From positions 7,564,302 through 7,628,301 of the forward strand of contig MU058065.1 of assembly GCA_013265495.1 (NCBI GenBank): a stretch of 64,000 nt of DNA. Reading direction: 5' to 3'. Shown here one piece after another: positions 52,145 to 64,000 of this stretch (within the stretch, counting starts at the first letter, position 1; each line of letters begins with the position of its first letter). The position numbers and the translations under genes were made by a program. The notes under the pieces were generated by a model that was not told the DNA's origin, ran no database searches, and saw nothing but the letters and a program-made list of their open reading frames with translations. The stretch is from Vicugna vicugna (taxonomy: Eukaryota).

Positions 52145-52222
52145 CTTTTTAAAAATAGCTTTATTAATATTTAATTGACATAGTAAACTGGAGATATTTA
52201 AAGTACATAATTTGATGTTTTC
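52145..52222 (-). mobile_element. short old L1 3' terminus
   Basis: aatagctttattaatatttaattgacatagtaaactg...tttaaagtacataatttgatg. Confidence 0.6.
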
Positions 52223-54162
52223 TGGTGGAGGAGAACTCATGAGCAAGAATTGTAAGGGAGATTTTGGGAAAAGGAAAAGCTCTTATGGAAGAAATGAGGA
52301 GTAATTACTGGAGACTTGTGACTACTAAATTACATAGCCATAGATACCCAAAAGATAAAGCTGAAACTCTTCTAGAAGGAAAGAGGAAGAAATGTCAACT
52401 ACTTGATCATTTTTTTAAACTCTATCAGTTTATTTAAGCCTCAAGAGATCCCAAGCATCACTCTTTCAATTCATCTATTTTGTCTTGTATAACACAGATA
52501 CTTAGAGAATCTTCAATTCCTTGTCCTTCATTTTCAAGGACGCTTATTGGTAGTAATGATGTCAGAGTTGGAGACGGGGTAGGACAGGGATAACTCTTTA
52601 CCAAAATGATGAGATCTTTCAGTCAATCCCAGAAAAATCACAGCTGTTTCATAAGAAGATGGTCAGTGAGATCTCCAATCTACATTTCTTTCTGGACTTT
52701 CTCCCCACACCTCCACCACTGTCCAAACATGAATCCAATATGCTTATTATATATTACAGTAAGTGGTATATAATTTCTAATGGCCTGAAAACAGTCTAGC
52801 AGCCTATTTGCTTGGACTTTAAGGCATGTCCACAAGGGCTGGTTTTTAGCTTGAACATTCTCGTCCTTGGAAAAGGAACAAAGATTCAGGGATCAGTATC
52901 ACCCTGAACCCATCGATGGGCCCATGACCTTCACTCAACATGGGATATTCTTCCAATAGCAACTCTGGCTTCTGGAACTTTAACCTCCAGATAAGCAACC
53001 AGATCACTTAATACCATGCTTCTTACATCCTCAGTTCTAGTCCCCAGCTTCGGACTACAAGTCTTGCTTTATAGCTAGCAAAAGGTACTGCAAAATTAAA
53101 ACCAATAAGAAATGTGAAACAAAGAGGGATATGTTGCTGCTCATGGGCTTAGAATTCCGCCCTCCCATCAGCTCCACCCATCACTTTAGCCCCCAGACCA
53201 AAACGTTTGCTCCAATTCTACCCAAATAGGCAGCAAAGAGGACCCTTCCCTCTGAAGGCTGCCCAGTTTTTGCTGAGGGATCACTCCCAGCCCTGGGGAA
53301 TATCCCCCTGCTCCAAAAGAAGCCATTATAAAATTAACCGGCGATAAAACCAACCACAGGGGGATTGAGGGGCATTTATCTTTTTCAAACGCCTTGTTGT
53401 TTTTGTCCATCTGGTTGCATTTAGTCCAGAGGTATAATTTCCAGTACTGCTCTTTTCTGGTAGACCATACAATTAAGGTATTTGAAAAACAAACAGCTCT
53501 TAACCGCTGCACGGTGAGGAGCTAGTTTAGCAATCTGTGACCCATTTTCCCTGAGCAAACACAGCTCTATATACAAGATGGTCAAAAAGCAAGAACTGAA
53601 AGTCAGGAATTATTATTTAATATAATGGTAATCTAACCTCTTCTGGCACTCCTCAGAGAAGAGAAAATGGGATGTGAAGAGGGCAGGGAGAAAGGGCTGC
53701 TGAAGAAATCATATTGTGGCACTCCTCATGAATCCTTCGTATTTTCTTTAGGACTTTCACAAAATATATATATTTGCAACACACAATAGGGAAAGATTCA
53801 ATGACGGTGGACTCACACTGGCAGACATGATGGTATCAGGAAAAGAAGAATGACTAAGTCACATTCAAGAGCAGTGAGGCTGTCAATTTCTGAAAGCTGC
53901 TAGACAGCCACACTGTGTTAAGTGTGCAAAATAATCGGTACTATAGTCACCCATGTGCTCTTGTGCTTCTACTTGGGTCATGAGACTAATTTTGCTTTTA
54001 ATAATGCATTCTCACAAACTTCACTCTTCAATCCCACATGGGAAGTTCTACACATATTTTTTCCATGGTGCTGTGCTGCAATCCATTTTTTTTGACTCCT
54101 TCCATATCTTTCACTAGAGTATGAAATGAGCATGTGTGCATTCACACATACACACACACACA

Positions 54163-54400
54163 CAGTTTTTGCTCAAAAGTGTGACTCACAGCTCAGTCAT
54201 TGATATTATGCATCAACTTTGGTTCTGAATGACTTTTTTTTAGCTCCAAAAATTCAAATATCACCCAAAAAGAATAAAGACATTTCACCAGTAAAGAAAT
54301 TCAAAAAAGTGTGCTTCAGATTTTGAGGACACTTTGCAAAATAAGAGTCCCTAGATGTCTTAAGTCTTGCTGATGTCTGGGAACTGTGCTCCAAGAATTC
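54163..54400 (+). mobile_element. mariner (MARNA-like) transposase C-terminal remnant
   Basis: Translates YASTLVLNDFFLAPKIQ, versus mariner YSPDLAP(N)DFxLFPKIK; continues gaaattcaaaaaagtgtgcttcagattttgagg. Confidence 0.7.
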
Positions 54401-54854
54401 TAAACCAGAATTTAGAGATAGAAGAAGTCACAGTGATCTTGTAGTGCCACCTTTACCCACACAGGGGTCACTTCCTCAAGGGCATGCCCCCTTGAGGCAT
54501 ATGGGAAGATTTCTCTTGACAGTAATACATACCTCACACTAGGAAGGCAATACAGGCAGACTGGAGACTGGCACTCAATTTCTGAAGGCCAAAGAATGTG
54601 TGCACAGGGTGCATTTGTGTGGTTTCTAGTCCTGGTTTGGGTATTCAGAGGTGGGACTATGTTATATTGGGTTTGTTGTTTCCTTCTTCTTCCCCCTTGA
54701 TGGGATTGCATTTAGCAAATTAAGTGTGGGGTGATGAATAAGATAATCCATTTAGAGAGTGGGAACTTGTGGAAAGAAAGATATTATGAGCTTAAATATA
54801 TAATATGTATATTCTCTAACCCCTAATCTTCTTATTCTCTCCCTCTCTCTCTCC

Positions 54855-54975
54855 CTGTGCATTCACTGATTTTCCATTTAACATTAAGCAAAACTGTGCC
54901 AGGTACTGGACTTTGCATGAGAAATGCCAAGGGGATTTTGGATCCTCCTTGCTTTCAAAGGGCTCATAATCCATT
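54855..54975 (-). mobile_element. L2 3' end
   Basis: cattcactgatt...ctgtgccaggtactggact...cctgctttcaaagggctcataatcc. Confidence 0.6.
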
Positions 54976-56099
54976 GTCTCTTTTTATTCTTCACTTTCAT
55001 CTCCAGCTTCTAGTTGTAGCATGTCACCACAAGGTATCAGATATGAACATTTCCCTAGAAAAGGGGTTTCGGAGAACTGAATAATTCAGCTTTTTTCCAA
55101 AAGATGTTATCTGGAAGAAGAAATCAAACTAGAATGAAAACAGCAAAGGAAGTCAGATCAGGCTTAAAAAAATAAAACTAAGTATGGTGAATTTGTTAAG
55201 CATCAAAACTCCTTATGGAGGCAGAATCAACTCTTGTCCTAAGACAGCTCCAGGATCTGGAGTGCCTTTCCCTTCCCTTCCCTTCCCTTCCATCTCAGCT
55301 GGATATGGCTTAAGGAGGTGCACCAAATGAGTGATGTAAGAAGCCCCAGTGAGTTTTCCATTTGACAGTTTCCCAGGCTTTGCTCATCCTCTTTTCTATT
55401 CACTAGCATTAGTTGCCCCCACTTCCCCAGAGTACAGAGTTCCAGGGCCCCCTCCTCACACCCAACTCTTCTAGCCACCTGTGCAGCTGAGCTCTTCACA
55501 CCCTTCCGCCAGCTGCTGAGTGAAATCACAAGGTATTTTTGTCCCAACGACAGAGGTGCGAATGCCAACTTCCACCCAACTCAGATGAGATCATGCATGT
55601 GAATGCTCTCTGCAAATTACAAAATCTTGACTAGACAAATGAAGGGGGGTTACTTTACAACTCTGAAGCTCAGTGCCTTGTATACTCAGCAGGCATGCCA
55701 TAAGGAAGGGCTTATTTCTCCCCTCTCTGGGCAGTCCATTTCCTTTTTTTTTACTGATGATAATTCCATTTCCTACATCTGTCTCTACTGGAGTTAAGTT
55801 GAGTCCAAGAACTCAGGATACAAAGAAAGGCACAGTTACTTATTGATCACTCCCTGTTACAAAATGTAAAAGGTTTGTCCCCTGCTCCCACAAAGCATTA
55901 AGTGTCACTAAAGACGAAACAGTAAGCCTTCAAATGAGTCCTCTCTGACAAGTGAGTTCTTATGCTTTTGGAATGTCTACAGGTCACTCCATATTCTTTG
56001 TCCATAATGATCGTGTGAAGGAAGTAGCACATAAAACTGGCTAACTCAGGACAAACTTGAAGGTGAGAAAGGCCTGTTATTTGGTCTCCCTACTTTCCC

Positions 56100-56620
56100 A
56101 CAGGTCCACTTGTCCTGGCCTGCATCAATATGGACTCTAAATACCAGCTCCTTGTCTCTTGCCTTTTCCTGAGCTAATTGTTCCTCTACTTTACTAAGCA
56201 ATAGGCAAATCTCATCATTCACTCCCTCACGTAAAACACTTCCCGCAGCCTAAGCCCACCTTCCAACCAATTATTCAATGTGCAGACTCTCCACCCTCTG
56301 CTCCTGCCACTCCTTACCTCTTCCCACACCCAGCCGTCCCAGTTCTCACCTTCTGTCCTCTTTCGTAGGCTGTATGCTCATTCTCCTTATACAGATCTCT
56401 TGTAGTTCCTCCAACATACTGTCTCTGGGCATTTGTAAACTACCATTTCCAAGCATGCTGTAAACCTCTTCTTTGTTTGTTCTCCGTACAACTCCTATTC
56501 ATTCTTTAAAACCCAATTGAAACATCACCTGTTCTATAGCTCCTTCCCTCACATCTGACCTTTTCCACTTCTCTGTTTTATCTAATCCTTATAATGACTC
56601 TATGATTGGATTTTATGTAT
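56100..56620 (+). mobile_element. L2 fragment
   Basis: ctcctattcattctttaaaacccaattgaaacatcacctgttctatagctccttccct. Confidence 0.6.
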
Positions 56621-56629
56621 TTAATTAGA

Positions 56630-56872
56630 ACACAATAGCTTAATAATTGAGTCATGAGCATTAGAATCAGACTGCTTAGATTTAAATCCTGCCTCAGCTG
56701 TGTGATTTTGGGAAAGTTACCAAATTCTCTGTTCCTTACTTCATTAATTTGTACAATGGGGATTTAAAAAAATCACACCCACTGCCCCGCCAGGGGCTAT
56801 TGTGAGAATTAAATGAGTACGTGCTCAGAACACTGACATAGAGAATGTGCTCAAAAATTGTCAGCCATTCAT
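56630..56872 (+). mobile_element. MIR SINE
   Basis: ttagaatcagactgcttagatttaaatcctgcctcagctgtgtgattttgggaaagttac...tgtgagaattaaatgag. Confidence 0.85.
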
Positions 56873-57404
56873 ACTGTAATAACTTCTCTGCCCATCTTCC
56901 TCAGGACTGCCCTGAACTCTCCTTGAGGATAAGACTGGGGTGTTGAATTTAGCCAACACATATTTTTGCTCAGGGCCTTGGAATTGGTAACTTTTATTTT
57001 CTTTTCAGTTTATCTCTACAAGTTTTAGCCAACAGCTTTGATTCTGGCTGCATAATATCAGAACCTCAAATTCTATTTTGTCAGTGTCTGAGGCCCATGC
57101 AGCTACCTATTATTCAAAATTCTTAATTTCAAACCAACAATCCAACACAATTGACTTGTCTTCATCCTTTGGCCCTGCTTTTCTCCCCATTTCCCCTTCT
57201 TGACTCCTTTTCTTCCATACTACCTCCTCTATCTTCAGTCCTTGGGGATTCAGTATTTAATTATGGATGGTTGAACATTTAAAAATGGGAAAGCTGGGTC
57301 TAGGAAGAAGGCAGTTGACAAGAAAGAACTACAAACAAGTTTTCTCATGGAGTGGGAAGAGGGGGCTATGGCAGAGAGGAGAGGTGGCCGCCCTCCCTCT
57401 GCTC

Positions 57405-57610
57405 TATACACAGTCACATCACCCACGTCAGAATCCTCTGGGGCACTTTTTAAAATGCAGGCTCCCAGGCCACACACTTCAACTCTTGTGAACCAGAACT
57501 AGCCCTGGGGGTGAAGCCCAGAATTTTTCAGGTTAAACAAGCAAACAAACCAAAAAACCCACAAGCCCCTCAGGAGAGTCTTTGCACAATCACACTCCAG
57601 AGTCACTGGC
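57405..57610 (+). mobile_element. MER5-like hAT-Charlie element
   Basis: cagaatcctctggggcactttttaaaatgcaggctcccaggccacac...ggggtgaagcccagaa. Confidence 0.7.
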
Positions 57611-57959
57611 CTAGAGCTGTGAACTTAGATTCTGTTCCTGGTGTGAACCTGAACTGGTCGGAGTGAAGGGGGCATCCTCTATTCTGACTAACATGCCTCC
57701 TCTCTTCCTGAAATTCCCCACTTCTCCACATGTTGAGCCCAATCCAGGAAAAACTGACATAAGCTTCCTTCCACAGGGAGAGGGTCACAAATTACATCAC
57801 ATCCACTACACTCGATTAAACCCACCCATCCCATGTCTGCACTTTGGCCATGAACTCCACCAAGAGACGTGACTATGATTCAGAAAGCCACAGGCATAAA
57901 CCTCTTCATCTGCCCCCACTTTCCAGTCTTCAGTATTATCTCAGATGATTTCTTCTTGT

Positions 57960-58660
57960 AGCTTAACTTATTTTTAATTAATATAGGTAATAACATGAAG
58001 ATATTTTCCTTCTAAGAAATTAAGACCCTACAGATAAAGTCAAAGTTCTCTGTGATTCCTTGCCTTTCACAACTCTCTCCAGATGTGATTACTTTTATCA
58101 TTTGGTATGAATCCTTCTAGAACCATTTCTGTACATTTATACTTGTGGAAAGGCATATGGACAACACAGGGGAGTTAGGGTATAAAAAAGTATGCCATAT
58201 TGTATGTATTTTTCTATGTTTTTTTTTATTTAATTTGTCTTCACAAAGCTCTACTTCATTAATAAGAAAAAGCTACATTGCACTGTATTATATGAATGTT
58301 CCATTACTTACCTAGTATTGACCCTATTGATAAATTTTAGGTTGTTTCTTATAACAGGGGCTGTAGTAAGCACCCTAGCTATGATTCTTTCCTTTTGCAT
58401 GGCTGTCAGAGTGTTGGTGACAGTGCATCTGGACAGGCTGGGTGCAGGGGTGCTTCTTGAGAGTCAAGCACTCCCTCAGTCCATTTTGGAAGGCCACCCT
58501 GAGACAAAGCCTCACACCTGCAATTTAGCCAAGTTGGTCCAAATGACATTAAACTTCCACGAATGAGCCTGTTATCCTCTGAGCAAGAAAACGAGCAACA
58601 TTTTTCTGGTGGATTTATTGCTCCTTTGTCAAGGGCTTGGGTGATGCCGGGCATTATGAA
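57960..58660 (-). mobile_element. old L1ME-type 3' region
   Basis: ttttaggttgtttctt...ggctgtagtaagcaccct...aagttggtccaaatgacattaaacttccac. Confidence 0.6.
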
Positions 58661-58739
58661 TTTTAGATGTGAATGCAGGCTTTACCCGCTGCCCCCAGGG
58701 AGGCTGTGACTGAATTAGGAAGGCAGGACTAATTATAAG

Positions 58740-59060
58740 CATATAGCAGGTAATAAGGGAAGGCTGTGGGTGGTTAAGTGCCAACAGAATATTAGCAACT
58801 ACAAGTGCATAGGAGCAAGGAGAAAAGAATGCTCACTGACGACAGACAGATCTTGAAAGTTTTAAGGAGCAAAGGAGAATTGAGTAGGGCCTAAATTGGC
58901 GTGACAGCTTTTAGCAGGGAAATTAAAAGGACGTTGAAGATGGGAAGAGCTACTAAAGGACTGATTTGGAGTAGGGTGTTGGGGAGGAGGGAGGTTCTGG
59001 CTGAAATAGTGTTTGAGCAGAAAAGCTGGAAGAAGGAAGGTTAGATGGGTGAAGTGAGAT
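58740..59060 (-). mobile_element. L2 fragment
   Basis: aagtgcataggagcaaggag...ggagaattgagtagggcct. Confidence 0.45.
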
Positions 59061-59924
59061 CAGATAGGGGTGGTGGTATTTAAGATATTAAGTGATGTCT
59101 AGGCTGTTTATTCATTACTTCAACAAGAATTAAACTTGAAGTCAGTTTCTGCTCATCAGTAGCCCTGGTCTCTGTTGTCATGGTAGATAAGCTACTGTCA
59201 AAGGGTAGAGATGGAAGGTTAGGTGTATAAGAAAAGATTTAGTTAAACTGGTCTGAATTATATGGTAAACATGGTTAGGAGCAGCCATGGGAAGTGTTAA
59301 TGGTGGAAGTGAAGCTACTTCAGGAAATGAGAGAATGAAGAAAGGAGATGGCTTGTAAGTGGGACCAATAAGTGATACCTTCAAATGACATCAGTTTATA
59401 ATCCAGATGTGGTCTGGGAACTTGCTCTTGCTCTTGGTGGCTTTCTGGTGTTAAGTGCTTTTTCAGGTTTGTCCATTACCCTTGCCCCCAAGCTCCTCTA
59501 CATTCCCCCTCTGCTGATCACAGGGTGGACTTGGTTGGAGGACCCTAATAGCAAAAAGAAAATGGATAGTGAAAGCATCTCTCAATCCATGAGGTATTCG
59601 GACTCTGGGCATTCCCTCCAACTTTCTAAACTTTGTTGGGTTCTTTATTGGGTTTTCTATCTTATCCTAAGAGCTCCTGCTGTGGTGATGGGAGAAGGGA
59701 ACATTAGAGAATGTATTCCCATTTATAGTTTGAATGAAAGGAGAAGGACCTGTTGGTGAAATAACTTGGACACCCAAGTATTGTGCATAGATGGAAAAGG
59801 AAGGCAGGAGCTAAGTCATTCTGCTGATCCTCCTTCCTCTGAGTGTATTTGCCTGCTCACCAATACTCTTCCTTTAGCACCCTTCCACCCACCCACCAAA
59901 CAGCCCCTTCTGCTTCTAGGGAAC

Positions 59925-60050
59925 CTTATTCAACATTCAACACTTATTGAGCAGTTGTTTAAACAACATACAATACACTGTGTTAGGTGCTGTGGAGGAG
60001 AGCAAGATGTATGAAACCCAACTCCACCCTACACTGAAGCAGCAGGCTCA
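59925..60050 (-). mobile_element. L2 3' end
   Basis: attcaacacttattgagca...cactgtgttaggtgctgtggag. Confidence 0.65.
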
Positions 60051-61319
60051 GTTATCTGTAGAGAAGCTTGGTGGTTACTGACATTTAAGTATTTCAGTAT
60101 CATTGCAGCTGGTATATCATTGATCTCTCTATCTCTGTCTCTCTCTCCACCTGTACTTCCTCTTTCTCTCTGTCTCACTCATGCACCCTCTCTCTTAAAG
60201 TGGAGCATAGATAGAGCTGTGTTTCCTGGTGTCTTGAGATATAAAACACGTAGACAAATTGCTCACAAGACATGACATATATCTAGATTGAGATAGATAA
60301 TGGGGCATGCATATTTTTCGTAAAAGTTAGGTGTATTAACATGTGTATTCCATTCCTTGTGTGGGGATGATCAGATATTTCCAGAGGCGCTGAGTAGAGT
60401 ATGCCCTCACTACTTAATCCTCTCTTTCACAAAAAAACACTCTCTAATGGTGATGGAGGTACTTATTAAGCAAAAGAAGGACACCTATAGAAGTTACTCT
60501 CTCAAAGCTTTACACTGTGGAGTCCTGCGATGCACGTGGAAAGCTTGCTAGGGGGGAGAAAAAGCTTTAGTTTGCTTTCTGACACATGCTCACATGCTCA
60601 AAACTTTTTTATGTCAAGCAAATCATAGCCAGAAGAGCCCATTTTTGTTTCAGTGTAGAACTGACTTTTTTTTTTTTTCTGTAATAGAAGCTGAGGATAC
60701 GGCAGGAACAGGACTTCGGCTCATGAAACAACTTGCCAGATGATTATGGTCTGGCCTGTCTTCTCTGTGGCTGCACTGGGTCTGCTTCCTGAATGCCTAA
60801 TTCTCCACGAGGAACCTGATTTTCCCTAAATTGCCTACAGGAAGTGTTTTCCTAAGGAACCAATAGTGCAAGTAAAGCAAAATGAAAAGTCATTCTATAG
60901 GAATGTCCATTTCCTTCACAGGAAACTCCATGGCTCCCCACAACCACCCTCGCCACCTCAAGACTTGGATCTGAGAACAAAAGCAATGGACCGCAGTGTA
61001 TCTGTCAAACTCTAGCTTATTCTATCTTAAATGCCCCCAGACCTGCGCCAGGTGCAGGGCCTCTTTTGCCACTCCCATTCATGTTCTATTCTCTTGCATC
61101 TGATGAACATATATGCTCCTCTTTCTACTGCAATAACTTGGCCTCCTGCAAGAAACTGCTTGGAAACAAAGATCTACATTCCCCCCAACCCCCCCAAAAA
61201 ATGAACAGCAACTTTTTAGATATTTGACATTTGGGCAAATTAACATTTGAAGAAAGGCATTATTTAAAGACACATTCAAGTTACATCACAAAACAGAATT
61301 TTTAACATCAGTGAAAGGC

Positions 61320-61485
61320 CTCAGTGTAGTGACACATCACTGACTTAGAAGATTGGGATTCTGGAATGGGAAGTAAGTACCCACCTTGTGTCTGAAAAGT
61401 TGAAGTTTTCAAAATGTGTTTCTGCTAACAACAAATGAGGGCGAGCACTGTGGACCTCTGATCAAATTATTTTTTCTACTCTAGA
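61320..61485 (+). mobile_element. MIR3-like SINE
   Basis: cagtgtagtg...ctgacttagaagattgggattct...tttctactctagaat. Confidence 0.45.
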
Positions 61486-62419
61486 ATACAAATACTGTTT
61501 ACAACCTCCCCAATTATAAATTTCTAATTTTAAAAAATTTATATACAGGCTCCACCAAGTCCTCTTAATTGGTAATTTACTCAAGGAGACCCTGAGCTGT
61601 ACAAATACAGTATTTTTAGGCAATTAGAAGAAGCCAGCCAACCTACAGCTGGAAAGTTAAAAAGGCGGGGCATTGTTCACAGAATTGGGTTGAGGATATT
61701 TGATTCCCTTCTGCCTAACTCCTCTCTACACAAGCACAGTGAATCACACCAGTGTAGGTATCAGCTGATTTCCAGCCAGAGAGGTAGAGATAAAGGCATA
61801 GAATTATGATTTTGTTCATTCAAAAGTGAGAGCAAAACACAGCTGAATGACTAGTGATATGGTTGTTTGCATGTATAGGCATCTGGATGAGTGCAGGCAC
61901 ATACACTGTGACTCAGAGGTGGCTTTCTACTGAAGTAGAGGCCAGAGCAGTGTATTTACCCAAACTGGGAAACAGAAAAGAAAGGCTAGATGTAGGGAAG
62001 GTTCTGGAGTTGTTCAGAAACACTTGGTTCTCAACGAATGCCCAAATGGTACTTAAGGAAAACAAGGAAGCACCCATTGGCAGAACTGTCACACAGCTTT
62101 TCAGTCAGTCAGCATGTGGTTTTGGGCCCCGTCCCCCATCCCAGTTGAGATGGATTTGAGCTGTCAGGAATACCAAGAGATCATCAGCCCAGAAGAGTTA
62201 GAATGGCCATCTTCAAAAAATTGAAGAGCTGTAAATGTTTTTACAGAGAACTTAGAGGACCCGCAGGTTTTGTCAGTTCACCCATTTCTCTTCTTTATAC
62301 CTCTGTGCTTCCCATGATCTCTATCTTCTGCCTACATCTTGGGTCATATCATGCACCATCTTTTAGGGGACACTGTACCATAACCCCTGATATGTCAGGG
62401 GGAAAGACAGAGATATATA

Positions 62420-62535
62420 TTTTTTAATTCTTATTTTTTATTGATGTGTAGTCGACTTTCAATGTTAGTTTCATGTGTACAGCAAAGTGATTCAGTTATA
62501 CATATTCATATTTTTTTTCAGATTCTTTTCCATTC
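62420..62535 (-). mobile_element. short young L1 3' terminus
   Basis: ttttttattgatgtgtagtcgactttcaatgttagtttcatgtgtacagcaaagtgattcagttatacata. Confidence 0.85.
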
Positions 62536-63408
62536 CATTTCTAATAGTGAGTAGAGGTATCTTCTTGATGGTTCCCCAGAGTGTGGTGGATAGTAAACTA
62601 CATTCATCCACATCATCTCTAGCCAGTATATACTACATTTTCAACCCAAGTACAATAGAGATTGTCAGAGTTGAGAAAGGAATAAAAGTAAGAACTTCAT
62701 AAAGCCTAAACAGTGAGTTAGCAAAGAGCAGAGGAAACAGTAAGGTGAAAAGAGGGAAGGAAAAGAAGAAAATGTTGTCATCTTGTAGCATGTTCATCAT
62801 CTTGGACCCAGCCCGGTGAGAAGATACTGGCAGGCTGACAGAGGCTACCTTATGTGCCATGTTGGCATCAGAGCAGCTGTTGGCAATTACAGCAGCAGGA
62901 CTGTCCACCCCAGACAAACTATGCTAAAACTACTGGTCAGAACGGAAATGGAGAGATTTACTCCTGTACTGGCCCAGACTTGGCAGCACAGTTTCCCAGA
63001 CTATGTAGCCAGTAGGTCCTACTGAGTGAGTGGTGGAGAGGGAGTAACCACCTTCTTGGGAATTGATGGCTTAATGCCATGGGCTTTCTCATCACAGCTA
63101 AAAGGCTGACAGTGGAGATAAAGGATAGTAGCTACTTACTTAATCTGATTGATTAGGCCATAAATATTCAGAAGGGGTCAAGATGAGGACCATCTTCAGC
63201 AGAAGCCCAGAGTTTATGGCCAAATACAAGTCCATCCACCCAACTCTAAGAGACTGTAAAGAAGGAAAGCATCTCAAATAGGTAGAGTATTAACAAGAAA
63301 CGACAGAGTTCAGGCGAAACACTCACACATATACACCATTCTTATATGTGAGTAAAGCCAGATAAATGTTATTGTTCAAAAAACAGGCATTATGGGATGG
63401 TAGAGGGA

Positions 63409-63555
63409 GGGGAGAAGGGTATAGTTCAGTGGGACAGTGTGTGCTTAGCATAAACAAGGTCCTGAGTTAAATGCCCAGTACCTCTATTAAAAATCAATCA
63501 ATCAGTCAATCAATCAACCAATAAACCTAATTCCCCCTACCCCCACCCAAAAATC
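63409..63555 (+). mobile_element. Vic-1-type tRNA-derived SINE (camelid)
   Basis: gggtatagttcagtgg (A box)...gtgcttagcat...ggtcctgagttaaatgcccagtacctc (B box), (AATC)n spacer, aataaacctaattcccc tail. Confidence 0.85.
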
Positions 63556-64000
63556 ATTATGAAAAGAGGAATTGGGTTAAGAAAAAGAACAGAGGAAAAG
63601 AGGAAGAATAGTCTAGTGGGCTGGGACTCCAACGTCCTGCTTCATGTTCATCAGGATTAAGGGATAGAAAACTGAATCCTGGGATAAAAGAATCAGCGAC
63701 TTTAACAGAATCAGTGCAATATTTCTCTCACCACTCTCAACCCCTATAGCTGGCAGTCATTTGTCATCAACCAGCCTTCTGAGTTCCATTGGTGATGAGC
63801 TGTCTGTCAAAGCCCCTGAATGGAAAACTTTGGATGGACTAGAAGCCATTCTCACTTTGGCAATTGGACAATGCCAGTTAGTTCAAACTTTCTTCATCAG
63901 ATTTTGACACCTGGCCACTATTGCTCCCAGTGAATTCCCACATCCTTGGTGGATTAAAGAGAGATTGCTATGTTCTCCAATCCCAAGTGATTAGAATAAG

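Noticed and set aside
33707..60397. Shared 12-mer ggcgctgagtag at ~33707 and ~60386
   Set aside because: Exact 12-mer pairs are expected many times by chance in 64 kb, and the flanks are unrelated.
62540..63300. Coding-like GC-balanced stretch (possible exon or ERV internal region)
   Set aside because: The plus-strand frames I translated and the listed minus-strand ORF gave no recognisable protein or retroviral motif.
63417..63485. tRNA-Ala-like gene
   Set aside because: Stems are degenerate and it carries a SINE tail; it is a SINE head, not a tRNA.

Overview
Mammalian non-coding DNA, intergenic or deep-intronic, AT-rich and CpG-depleted. It is most likely from a camelid, because it carries a Vic-1-type tRNA-derived SINE at ~63.4 kb and young L1 3' ends of the artiodactyl type. 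I recognise no host protein-coding gene, rRNA or true tRNA. The only ORFs with real homology are LINE-1 ORF2 C-terminal fragments; the rest look like chance ORFs. Much of the window is interspersed repeat: MIR, L2, L3/CR1, MLT1/LTR16 solo LTRs, MER5/MER58 and several generations of L1. The most informative structures are: (i) a short L1 insertion with a 32-nt 3' transduction, its own ATTAAA signal and a 17-bp target-site duplication (TSD) at 25.4 kb; (ii) a three-level nested L1 stack at 42.8-52.1 kb; (iii) two 5'-inverted (twin-primed) L1s at 13.8 and 15.3 kb; (iv) a ~1-kb decayed hAT (Tip100/Zaphod/ZMYM1-like) transposase at 35.5-36.6 kb and a mariner transposase remnant at 54.2 kb, neither shown by the ORF track; (v) several non-repeat, CpG-retaining motif clusters that look like enhancers, and one candidate 54-nt micro-exon. 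I found no evidence for a new multi-gene biological system. Subfamily names come from remembered consensus sequences, and boundaries of old repeats are approximate (tens of bp).
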